In this document: in pieces, positions 9,323-17,859 of the stretch
Numbering within the stretch: the stretch's first letter is position 1
Layout: each line of letters begins with the position of its first letter
Assembly (NCBI GenBank): GCA_964291495.2
Contig: OZ219871.1
Coordinates: 96,001 to 160,000, forward strand
Length of the DNA: 64,000 nucleotides
Origin: Dehalococcoidia bacterium
GTDB taxonomy: Bacteria > Chloroflexota > Dehalococcoidia > UBA2979
Direction: 5' to 3'
Position numbers and translations under genes: made by a program
The notes under the pieces: generated by a model
What the model saw: only the letters and a program-made list of their open reading frames with translations
Databases searched by the model: none
Told to the model about the DNA's origin: nothing

Positions 9323-10783
9323 CTAGCCCGCGTCGGCTTCGACCGTCTCGCTCGACTCGACGCGTGCAGCGCGGTCGATCACGTCCGACGGCACCAGCAG
9401 CAGGAGCACCAGGACGAAGCCAAGGAGGCCAACGCCGAGCAGCGTGAAGGTGGCGTAGCCGCCGATCGCGTCTCCGAGGATGCCGAGGGGAAGCCCCATC
9501 ATCGGCATGAAGCCGAACGTGAGCATGTAGAGACTCATGATCCGGCCGTGGTAGCGCTGCTCCGAGCTGGTCATGATCATCCCGTTGTTGAGCGCCATGT
9601 AGGCCATCGAGCAGGCCCCGATCACCATCATCGCGAAGAACGCGCCCGCCGCGCCGAGGGCGAGCGATCCGACCCCCAGGATGACGAGGCCGCCGCCCCA
9701 GCCGAGACCGAGCAGCGCCTGCGTGCGCGCCAGCCTGCCGGCGGGGTTCAGGGCCGCGATCAGCAACGAGCCCGCCAGCGCGCCGACAGCGTTGACCGCC
9801 ATCATCAGCCCGAACCCGCGGGGACCGAGTCCGAGGTCGCCGGCCACGAACGCCGGGAGGATCGTCATGAACGGAATCCCCAGCAAGATCGGGAGCAGCG
9901 CCATCAGCATCAGCGTGCGCAGCGCCGGATTGCCTCGCACGTAGCGCAGCCCAATCTTGATCTCCGCGAACACATTCCCGCGCTGCGCGATCCCCTGCAT
10001 GTGTCCGCGGCCACGCGGCAGCAGCCACACGGCGGCCCAGGCAACGGCGTACATGGCCGAGGTGATGTAGTACGTGACGGCGAAGCCGAACGCCGCGATG
10101 AGGATCCCGGCAACGACGGGCGAGAAGAGGCGCGTCGCGTTCATCGCCGTGTTGTTGAGGGCGATCGCGTTCATCAGCTCGTGCCGGGGCACGAGTTCGG
10201 GGATGTAGGCCTGGCGGGCGGGCATGTTGAAGGAGAAGGTGCCGCCCAGCACGACGCCGAAGGCGAACAGCACTTGCAGCGAGATCGCGTCGAAGCTGAT
10301 CAGCAGCGCGACCCCGAGCGCCTGCAGGAAGACCACCGCCTGCGTGATCAGCAGCACGGTGCGCTTGTCCACGCGGTCCGCGATCGCGCCCCCCGGCAGC
10401 GCGAGGAAGAGCTGGGGGATGCCCCACGCCGCGGCCAGCGCGCCGACTGCGGAGAAGTTGCCCGCCAGCTCGAAGGCGAGCAGCCCACGGGCGATCATCT
10501 GCATCTGCATACCGACCATCGCGGTGGCCATCGAGGCCCAGAGCAGGCGGTACTTGGGGTACTGGAAGGCCCTGAAGGTGCGTCGCAGCGGCGGCCGCTG
10601 TCTGCCGACGGCCATCCCGCCGGCCATTCCACCGCCCATGCCGGCGGCCATCCCACCGGACATTCCGCGCAACGGCGCGCCGGGCGAGGCCAACTCGTCC
10701 CCGTTGGGACCGACGCCGTCCTGCCGGGCGGGTGGCTCCTCGCGACCCGCATCGGCGGCTCGGGGTGTCGTGCCCTGGGCCAT
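9323..10783 (-). CDS. MFS transporter (MFS_3/H+ antiporter-like) with Met/Gly-rich N-terminal tail
   Basis: GGAIADRVDKR, PARQAYIPELV and GRIMSLY motifs; about 12 hydrophobic segments. Confidence 0.9.
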   Translation of the reverse strand: MAQGTTPRAADAGREEPPARQDGVGPNGDELASPGAPLRGMSGGMAAGMGGGMAGGMAVGRQRPPLRRTFRAFQYPKYRLLWASMATAMVGMQMQMIARGLLAFELAGNFSAVGALAAAWGIPQLFLALPGGAIADRVDKRTVLLITQAVVFLQALGVALLISFDAISLQVLFAFGVVLGGTFSFNMPARQAYIPELVPRHELMNAIALNNTAMNATRLFSPVVAGILIAAFGFAVTYYITSAMYAVAWAAVWLLPRGRGHMQGIAQRGNVFAEIKIGLRYVRGNPALRTLMLMALLPILLGIPFMTILPAFVAGDLGLGPRGFGLMMAVNAVGALAGSLLIAALNPAGRLARTQALLGLGWGGGLVILGVGSLALGAAGAFFAMMVIGACSMAYMALNNGMIMTSSEQRYHGRIMSLYMLTFGFMPMMGLPLGILGDAIGGYATFTLLGVGLLGFVLVLLLLVPSDVIDRAARVESSETVEADAG

Positions 10784-11016
10784 CTGCGCTCCACCCGTCG
10801 AGCCCGGCGCGCCTGCCCTGCGAGGGCGACCGGTCCGGCCCCTCGTCGAATCGTTGCCCGCTCGTGCGCCGGAGGGAATCTCGCCGCGGGATCAGTTCCG
10901 CGGCGACCTCAGCGTAGGTTCGCCCTATCCCTTCGTCAACGTAAGGTGAACATCGCGGCAGCACGGCGGTACCATCCGCCGGGGACCCGCGAGAACCCGG
11001 AATGGAGCCGCCGTCG

Positions 11017-11436
11017 ATGGTCGCATTGCCCGAGTCCGCCCGCGCCCTGCTCGCCGACCGTGCCTACGGGCACCTCGTGACGACCAACCCGAGCGGCACG
11101 CCCCAGCTCTCGATGCTGTGGGTGGACGTCGACGGTGACGAGGTGCTGATCAACACCTCCGAGGGCCGCGCCAAGACACGCAACATGCGAGGCGATCCGC
11201 GCGTGCTGCTCTCCGTGCAGGCCCGCGACGAGCCCCAGCTGTACCTGCTAGTCCACGGCCACGTCACCGGAATCACCGCCGAGGGCGCCGACAAGCACAT
11301 CGACATGCTCGCGGGGCGCTTCCTCGGCCTGGACAGCTACCCCTTCCGCCAGCCCGGTGAGGAGCGGCTGATCGTGCGCATCGCCGCCGACCGGCTCGCC
11401 GGCCTCGGGCCGTGGGCGCCCATGCCCGGCGCCTGA
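11017..11436 (+). CDS. PPOX-class (putatively F420-dependent) oxidoreductase
   Basis: HLVTTNPSGTPQLS, GRAKTRNMRGDPRV and YPFRQPGEERL motifs; alternative start 11002. Confidence 0.85.
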   Translation: MVALPESARALLADRAYGHLVTTNPSGTPQLSMLWVDVDGDEVLINTSEGRAKTRNMRGDPRVLLSVQARDEPQLYLLVHGHVTGITAEGADKHIDMLAGRFLGLDSYPFRQPGEERLIVRIAADRLAGLGPWAPMPGA

Positions 11437-11446
11437 GGGAGGCTCC

Positions 11447-11806
11447 ATGAGCGACCAGACCCCCGCCGACGACGTCCGCATGGACGAGGATCTCTCGACC
11501 GAGTGCGCGAACTGGGTCGCGGAGCAGCTTTCCGAGGAGTTCGGCGGCTTCATCGCCGCCGAGGTCGTCGACGCGGTGCTGGAGTTCGAGGCCGACATCC
11601 GCATCGCCGAGAACGACCCAGAGATGGACCACGCCTCGATGGCCGAGCGCCTGCTCGCACGGCTCGCCGAGGAAGGCGCGCCGACCGATCAGCAGTGGGG
11701 AGTGACCCCGCACCTGCTGATGGAGATCCTGTTCTGGGAGGACGAGTTCCGCGGGCTGGCGGGCCGCCCTCGGAGCGTCCGGCCGCACGGCGGAGGTCCG
11801 CGCTAG
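11447..11806 (+). CDS. Hypothetical acidic protein
   Basis: Strong SD GGAGG, typical codon usage, follows the PPOX gene. Confidence 0.65.
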   Translation: MSDQTPADDVRMDEDLSTECANWVAEQLSEEFGGFIAAEVVDAVLEFEADIRIAENDPEMDHASMAERLLARLAEEGAPTDQQWGVTPHLLMEILFWEDEFRGLAGRPRSVRPHGGGPR

Positions 11807-11834
11807 CAGCGACCCGCGCGCACGCTCCTACGAC

Positions 11835-12062
11835 GAGACCTTGCGAAACTCCACAAGCCCGATCCGGCCCCTCTCCCTGGGGAGAGGGCGGGGGTGAGGG
11901 GGAGGCTCCCGCGCGCCTCCGAGAGCCCCAATGGCGCAACGCAATCCCGGAGGGCGGATCCTCCCTCACCCCCAAAGTGCAGGCGAAGCAGGTCTCCCTC
12001 GGGGAGAGGGGACCGGAAGGGATGCGCTCGCTGCCCCGAGGAGAGGGTTACGCGAAGGTCTC
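11835..12062. mobile_element. MITE-like composite repeat with GAGACC/GGTCTC terminal inverted repeats (cluster 2)
   Basis: Left end GAGACCTTGCGAAAC; right end on the reverse strand GAGACCTTCGCGTAACC; interior nearly identical to 59456-59604 (inverted) and partly to 40896-40978. Confidence 0.6.
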
Positions 12063-12945
12063 ACGAGGCGGCCACCTCGTCGCGGATGCGCTTGAGCCGG
12101 CGCACGTTCTCCAGGTCCGGGCCGTCGCCCTCGAAGCCCGGCACCTCCAGCAGCAGCGCCCGGCCGGCGAACGCCGGCTCGCCGAGGATCGTGCGGAAGC
12201 CGTCGTACCCGATGTGGCCCTCGCCGATGTTCTCGTGGCGGTCGCGCCCGCTGCCCAGCCCCTGCTTCGAGTCGTTCGCGTGGATCACGGCCAGCATGTC
12301 GAAGCCGATCTCACGCTGGAACTCCTCGAGGGTGTCGGCCATGCCCTCGGGCGTCGTGATGTCGTAGCCAGCGGCGAAGGTGTGGCAGGTGTCGAGGCAG
12401 ACGCGCAGCCGCGCCGAGTCGGCCGCATCGAGGATCGCGCCGAGCTCTCCGAACGTGCCGCCGATCGGGCCCTGCTGGCCCGCGGCGTTCTCCAGCGCCA
12501 GCACGGGCCCCTCCGGTGCCTCGTCGAGGATGCGCGCGAGCGCCGAGACGACCTCCGGCAGGACCGCCTCGAAGCCGCGCCCGAGGTGCGAGCCGCTGTG
12601 CAGCACCACGCCCTCGGCACCGGCTCGCGCGGCCACGGTCAGGGCGTTCACCACCGAGGCGATCGACTTCTCGTAGTGCTCCTCGTTGCGCGGGGCGAGG
12701 CTGACCAGGTAGCTGCCGTGCAGCCACGCCTGGCCGATGCCGGACTCCGCGCGCAGCTCGCGGAAGCGCTCGAAGGCCTCGGGCTTGTGGTTGGTGGGAC
12801 GCCAGGCGCGCGGCGAGGCGCCGAAGAACTGCACCGCCTCCGCCTCGATCGCCACGGCCCGCTCGATCGTGCGCCAGAGGCCGCCCGAGGCCGAGCAGTG
12901 CGCGCCGATCGCGACCGGCGGCGGGGCGCCCTCAGCGGGCGGCAT
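12061..12945 (-). CDS. nfo: Endonuclease IV (AP endonuclease)
   Basis: IGAHCS, HGSYLVSL, LENAAGQ, CLDTCH, HANDS and DRHENIGEG motifs. Confidence 0.95.
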   Translation of the reverse strand: MPPAEGAPPPVAIGAHCSASGGLWRTIERAVAIEAEAVQFFGASPRAWRPTNHKPEAFERFRELRAESGIGQAWLHGSYLVSLAPRNEEHYEKSIASVVNALTVAARAGAEGVVLHSGSHLGRGFEAVLPEVVSALARILDEAPEGPVLALENAAGQQGPIGGTFGELGAILDAADSARLRVCLDTCHTFAAGYDITTPEGMADTLEEFQREIGFDMLAVIHANDSKQGLGSGRDRHENIGEGHIGYDGFRTILGEPAFAGRALLLEVPGFEGDGPDLENVRRLKRIRDEVAAS

Positions 12946-13295
12946 CAGGCGCCTCTCCGCACGACGCGCCGCCAGCCCTCCCGAAGGCTCGCCGCCCACG
13001 CCTCGATCCTCAGCCGCCACGGCCGCGCGATGACGACGCCGTCGACGGCATCGGCGAGTTGCGCGAGGTCGGGCGCCGCTTCGCCCTGCTCGATCGTGGC
13101 GGAGCCGCTCGCGAGGTCGACGCTGGCCCCCTCGACGCCAGGGACGCTGCGCAGGGCGCGCTCGGTGCGGCTCGCGCAGACGCCGCAGACGAGGCCCTCG
13201 ATCGCCAGCTCGCTGCGGCGTCCGCCCGTCGAGGTAACACGCAGCCTCGGCGCGGTCAGCAAGCGGCGGAGATGGATATGGAGGCGCGGTGTCAT
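12945..13295 (-). CDS. Heavy-metal-associated (HMA/CopZ-like) domain protein
   Basis: LAIEGLVCGVCASRTERALRSVPGV; its stop overlaps the nfo ATG (TGATG). Confidence 0.75.
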   Translation of the reverse strand: MTPRLHIHLRRLLTAPRLRVTSTGGRRSELAIEGLVCGVCASRTERALRSVPGVEGASVDLASGSATIEQGEAAPDLAQLADAVDGVVIARPWRLRIEAWAASLREGWRRVVRRGA

Positions 13296-13468
13296 CGAAT
13301 CAATCCTACCAGCGGCGCAGGTCCGCTCCAGCGCGGCTCCTGAGGTGGCCTCGAGCCGCTCGAAAGGCGCGTCGGGCGATCGAATACCCGTTGAGGCGTC
13401 GCCCTGTGCGCCCGGTCGTGGTAGATTCGCGGCAGGTTCGGCGAGCGGCGCCCCGATCGGAGGCAGCG

Positions 13469-13990
13469 TTGGCGTATTCCATCATCGAGACGTGCATCGG
13501 CTGCACGGCCTGCGTCAAGAAGTGCCCTGTCAACGCCATCACCGGCGTGCGCGACGAGTTGCACGTGATCGACCCCGACCTCTGCATCGACTGCGGCGCC
13601 TGTGGCGCCGTCTGCCCGCCGGAGTCGATCCTCGATGAACTGGGCGACCAGTGCCGCACCTTCCCTCGCCGCGAGCTGCCGCTGGCCAAGGTGATCGACG
13701 ACAACTGCATCGGCTCCGGCTGCGAGCTGTGCATCCACATCTGCCCGTTCGACGCACTCTCCCTGACGGATGCGCCGAACAGCCACGACTTCTACGGCGT
13801 GGCCGTCGTCGACGACAAGAAGTGCGTCGGCTGCCGCCTCTGCGAGCAGGCCTGCGGCTGGGGTTCGATCTACATCGACCCGCCGCGCGAGATGCTCAAG
13901 AGGGACGTCTACCCCGTCGAGGTGCTGACGCCGAAGAAGGGCCGCGGCATCGCGCGCGCACAGGAGCGCCGGGCGGCCACCGCCGGCTAG
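13469..13990 (+). CDS. Polyferredoxin with four [4Fe-4S] motifs
   Basis: CIGCTACVKKCP, CIDCGACGAVCP, CIGSGCELCIHICP and CVGCRLCEQACG; TTG start after GGAGG. Confidence 0.85.
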   Translation: MAYSIIETCIGCTACVKKCPVNAITGVRDELHVIDPDLCIDCGACGAVCPPESILDELGDQCRTFPRRELPLAKVIDDNCIGSGCELCIHICPFDALSLTDAPNSHDFYGVAVVDDKKCVGCRLCEQACGWGSIYIDPPREMLKRDVYPVEVLTPKKGRGIARAQERRAATAG

Positions 13991-14011
13991 CGCCCTCCCC
14001 TTCCCGGCACG

Positions 14012-14470
14012 GTGAGCGAGAATCCGGACTCCACGGTCCTGCGGGTACGGCTGCTGCGGACCGGCGCGCGGCTGCCGCAGCGCCAGAGCGCCCTCGCGAG
14101 CGGGTACGACCTGCACGCCTGCCTCGAGGGCGGCTCGATCGAGCTCGGCACCTCACCTGTGCTCGTGCCGACGGGCATCGCCGTGGCTGCGCCCGCGGGG
14201 CTCGACGTGCAGCTCCGGCCGCGCTCCGGCCTCGCCTCACGCGGCGTGCTCGCGGTGCTCGGCACCCTGGACGCCGACTACCGCGGCGAGCTGTTCGTGA
14301 CGATGTACTGCCTGCCCGGGGCCGGCGACGGCGGCCGCTACCTGATCGAGGACGGCGAGCGCATCGCGCAACTCGTCGTCGGCCGGCTCGCGCCGGCCGC
14401 GTTCGAGGTGGTCGAGGACCTCGACGCGACGGAGCGCGGCGCGGGCGGCCACGGCAGCACGGGGCGCTAG
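14012..14470 (+). CDS. dut: dUTP diphosphatase
   Basis: SGYDL, PRSGLA, GTLDADYRGEL, ERIAQL and ERGAGGHGSTG motifs. Confidence 0.95.
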   Translation: MSENPDSTVLRVRLLRTGARLPQRQSALASGYDLHACLEGGSIELGTSPVLVPTGIAVAAPAGLDVQLRPRSGLASRGVLAVLGTLDADYRGELFVTMYCLPGAGDGGRYLIEDGERIAQLVVGRLAPAAFEVVEDLDATERGAGGHGSTGR

Positions 14471-15384
14471 CGCAATCGCACAATTCGTGCCAGAAGGAGA
14501 ATTGTGCCCTCGACACGCTCCTTGATGGCCACCAGTTTCGGCAGGTCGTACTTCCCGGCGGTCCCGTGCGTTCCGCTGTTGAAGATCCTGAATAGTTGGT
14601 GCACGTTGTCGATGTCGATACGCATGAATTCACCGAGTGACTCGACGGCGACACCCTTTCTCTCCAGCACATACCGGATCTTTGCTCGTCTAGTGGGCAG
14701 CCCCGACTCTTGCGTCTCGCAGTCCGGAACGGTCGCAAGCACCACTTCATCAGGAGCACCGTGATCCAGGATCTGGATCAGAATCTCGCGTGCGCTTGTG
14801 CAGAAGTGGCGAGCAGCGTCCGGGTTCTGCGGGCTGAGCGCGAAGAGCGCGCCGCGCCACCGATCATCCAGATCCTTCGAGATGATCCGCAGTTCGTGTG
14901 TGACCCGCGACGAGCGAAGACCGTCGGCATCCACTCCAGTGTCGTTCGGAGAATCGAGGAGTGCATTGATCGCACTGAGGCTGTTCGCATCCTCCCGCTC
15001 AGCCAAGTCCAGCAGCTCAGCGTGCCGGTGGTCCCCCGGCTCTGCCCCGACCTGGGACTCGTACCGAACGTAGGCTTCGTGTAGCGCCTCGACCGATACC
15101 CGGAGCGACGAATACCGCGCAGGTGTGGAGCGAGCGCGTAGTCGCGCAAGCTCACGCCTTGCCCGCTCTCGATCAGCTCTAACCCGGGCGTTGTGCGCTT
15201 GGACCGCCGAGTTGTACTTGCGCACCGCAGACCGCATGTCCCGGTTGTACTTGTCTACGGCTGACCTCACCCGTTGGTTGTGGCGCTGCACCTCGCGGTT
15301 GTACTTGTCGATCGCCTGCCTCTGCCTGCTCTCCGCTTGGCGAATCATGCTCTGCAACTGAGACCGAGAAATACGACCTGCCAT
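14467..15384 (-). CDS. Coiled-coil plus putative HEPN-like / pPIWI-associating nuclease domain protein (lower-GC island)
   Basis: RWRGALFAL-PQNPDAARHFCTSAREIL, PTRRAKIRY and FNSGTHG resemble the predicted pPIWI-associating nuclease family as I recall it; atypical codon usage. Confidence 0.6.
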   Translation of the reverse strand: MAGRISRSQLQSMIRQAESRQRQAIDKYNREVQRHNQRVRSAVDKYNRDMRSAVRKYNSAVQAHNARVRADRERARRELARLRARSTPARYSSLRVSVEALHEAYVRYESQVGAEPGDHRHAELLDLAEREDANSLSAINALLDSPNDTGVDADGLRSSRVTHELRIISKDLDDRWRGALFALSPQNPDAARHFCTSAREILIQILDHGAPDEVVLATVPDCETQESGLPTRRAKIRYVLERKGVAVESLGEFMRIDIDNVHQLFRIFNSGTHGTAGKYDLPKLVAIKERVEGTILLLARIVRLR

Positions 15385-15471
15385 AGCGGTGCCCCTACAG
15401 GATCTGTCCGTTCGAGTAATCTATCGTACAAATATTCTGCGACCCGAGGCAACTGACGGCCCGGACAGGCA

Positions 15472-15497
15472 GAGGGCGGGCCCGGAGGCCCGCCCTC
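15472..15497. terminator. GC hairpin downstream of the aquaporin gene (possible terminator)
   Basis: gagggcgggcc-cgga-ggcccgccctc is a perfect 11-bp stem; a second long stem lies at about 15501-15549. Confidence 0.45.
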
Positions 15498-15645
15498 ACA
15501 CCAGCATCTGCCGTGCGGCGGGGGTGATTGGTTTCGCGGCAGATGTTGGCTGCTAAGGAAGGTGCTGCGTCAGGCGGGAACCCTTCCCGCCCGGCGCTCG
15601 TCCTGCAGAGGAGTGGCGCGCACTCCTCCCCGGAACCTAGGAGGC

Positions 15646-16341
15646 CTAGGCATCGCTCGTCTCCATCTCCTCCTCGGCGAAGAGGTAGTGGTAGACCAGC
15701 GCGGCGACGACCGCGCCGATGATCGGGCCGATCCAGTAGACGAGGTGGTCTGCCCACTCGCCGCCCACGAGGGCGGGGCCGAATGTGCGCGCGGGGTTCA
15801 TCGCGGCGCCGGTCAGCGTGCCGATTGCGAGGATGTCCATTGTGAGAATCAGCCCGATGCCGAAGCCGCCCAGCTTCGGGCCGCGCGGGTCGAGCGCGGT
15901 GCCGAACACGGCCAGCATCAGGAAGAAGGTCGCGATCGCCTCGAGGATGACGCCCCGGGCGAAGTCGATGCCGCGCCCGAGCAGCGGCGTGCCGAGGGCC
16001 ACGGCCTCGCGCAGCGCCTCGGGGAAGAGCAGCACGAGCGCGAGCGCGGCCACGACGGCGCCGAGCAACTGCGCGATGATGTAGGCGACGGTCGTGACGG
16101 TATCGAGGCGGCGGGTAGCCCACAGGCCGATCGTCAGCGCAGGATTGAAGAGGCCGCCGGAGATGTGGCCGAGCGAGGAGACGAGTAGCGCGATGGCAAG
16201 GCCGTGCGCGACGGCGATGGCGATGAGATTGCCCCCGCCGGTCTGGATGATGGCGCCCGCACCCACGAAGATCAGAGCGAATGCGCCGATGAACTCGGCT
16301 GCGAGCTTGCGCCCGTGCTCCCTGGTATCGATCTCCCCCAC
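15646..16341 (-). CDS. Aquaporin (MIP family)
   Basis: AEFIG, HISGGLFNPA and AMNPARTFGP motifs. Confidence 0.95.
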   Translation of the reverse strand: MGEIDTREHGRKLAAEFIGAFALIFVGAGAIIQTGGGNLIAIAVAHGLAIALLVSSLGHISGGLFNPALTIGLWATRRLDTVTTVAYIIAQLLGAVVAALALVLLFPEALREAVALGTPLLGRGIDFARGVILEAIATFFLMLAVFGTALDPRGPKLGGFGIGLILTMDILAIGTLTGAAMNPARTFGPALVGGEWADHLVYWIGPIIGAVVAALVYHYLFAEEEMETSDA

Positions 16342-16455
16342 TGGAGTCTCCCCACCCTCACGCCCACGGCAGGCAGCACCCGGAGGGCTGCCGGATTGGG
16401 GGCGTAGAGGGCATTCAAGCAGGGATCGGCTAAAAAGTCAACACGGGTTGTCAAT

Positions 16456-16475
16456 TTGATTCTCGAAATAATCAA
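16456..16475. promoter_or_regulatory. AT-rich palindrome TTGATT-N8-AATCAA in a divergent promoter region
   Basis: Perfect 6-bp arms within an unusually AT-rich patch, next to TTGACA/TTGACT hexamers on the minus strand. Confidence 0.4.
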
Positions 16476-17835
16476 CAGGTGGCCGCGGCGCCTTCGATCC
16501 GGCAGGAACGGCGGGCGCGCGGCGCTCGTGGCGGCCGTCCTCGCGACGCTCGCCCTGCTCGCCGCGGCTTGCGGCGACGGCGAGGTACGGGTGATCGCGC
16601 TCACGCCCACACCCGCCCCGGACGAGACGCCGGTGCGGGATGTGAGCGGACCGTCGATCATTGTCACGGCGACGCCCACCCCGACCGTCCTCGAAGGTGC
16701 GACCGCGACACCGACGCCGACCCAGACCGCCACGCGGGACGAGCCACCCGAGCCGCCGCCGAAGCCGGCCGAGCCGCTCGCCAGCGCGCTGCTGCTCCGC
16801 GACTACCTCGTGACCGGCGAGGCGAACCTGCCCGGCTGCCTCCCCGACCTGGTCTCCGCGTGGGAGCTCGCTCCCACCAGCGGCGAGCGCTGCCTCTTCG
16901 CCGACTTCGACGGAGACGGAGCCAGCGAGTTCGTCTTCGCGCTCACGCTCGCCGACGGCGGCGGAGACATCTGGTTCTACGAGAGCAGCGAGGAGGACTT
17001 CCGGCTCTTCTCCTCGGCGCGCGTGCTGCTGAACGCCACCCTCGATGGCGTGACCATCGAGTCGATCGCGGACCTGACCGCCGATCGCTTCCCCGATCTC
17101 GTGATCTCGACGCTGCGCTGCGAGAACGATCCCTGCACGCGGCGGCTGCTGATCGTCAGCAACCACCACGGGAGCCTGCGGGACCTGATGCCCGCCGGCG
17201 TGCCGGTCAGCACCACTGCCGAAGTTCGCGTCGAGATCCCGCAGGAGGGCTCGGGAGGGACCCCGAGCGAGGCCCAGGCGACGCGGTTGATCATCGAGGA
17301 CGCCATCGTGCCGGACTCCTCGGCGGGACCGGTGCGCAGCTCGAATCTCGCGCTGACCTGGGTCGGCGCGGGGTTCGTCGCGGAAGAAACGAGCGACGCG
17401 CCCCGCTACCTCTTCCACGCAGTCGTGGACGCAGACGAGGCGTTCCGGAGCGGTGACTACGCGAGGGCGCGGACGCTCTATGAGGCGGCGGCAGCGGACA
17501 CCTCGCTCGTCGACTGGCGCGTCGAGCAGGGACGCGCATCGGGCCGGGCGGAGCTTTCCGCCTACTCGCTGTTCCGCGCGGCGCTCGCGGCGCAACGCCT
17601 GCAGGACGAGGCGGGCATGGTCGCACTGCTCGATCAGGCGGTGGACCGGCTTGGCCGGACGCTGCACGGGCAGGTCGCGGCGATCTACCGCGAGGGCCTG
17701 CGGACGGACACTGCGCCGGGTCTGATCTGCTCGGCGATCGAGCAGTTCCTGCGCGCCCAGGAGTCACGCTTCAACGCGATCTGGAACTACGGCCCGCACA
17801 ACCCACGCCACAGCATCGGCGAACTCTGCTCGTAG
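16456..17835 (+). CDS. Putative lipoprotein with Thr/Pro linker, DxDxDG-type loops and a C-terminal TPR-like helical region
   Basis: LLAAAC lipobox-like sequence; ADFDGDG and ADLTADRFPDL; ADEAFRSGDYARARTLY; start uncertain. Confidence 0.7.
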   Translation: MILEIINRWPRRLRSGRNGGRAALVAAVLATLALLAAACGDGEVRVIALTPTPAPDETPVRDVSGPSIIVTATPTPTVLEGATATPTPTQTATRDEPPEPPPKPAEPLASALLLRDYLVTGEANLPGCLPDLVSAWELAPTSGERCLFADFDGDGASEFVFALTLADGGGDIWFYESSEEDFRLFSSARVLLNATLDGVTIESIADLTADRFPDLVISTLRCENDPCTRRLLIVSNHHGSLRDLMPAGVPVSTTAEVRVEIPQEGSGGTPSEAQATRLIIEDAIVPDSSAGPVRSSNLALTWVGAGFVAEETSDAPRYLFHAVVDADEAFRSGDYARARTLYEAAAADTSLVDWRVEQGRASGRAELSAYSLFRAALAAQRLQDEAGMVALLDQAVDRLGRTLHGQVAAIYREGLRTDTAPGLICSAIEQFLRAQESRFNAIWNYGPHNPRHSIGELCS

Positions 17836-17859
17836 TCCCGAGGCAGGCAGCGACGCCCG

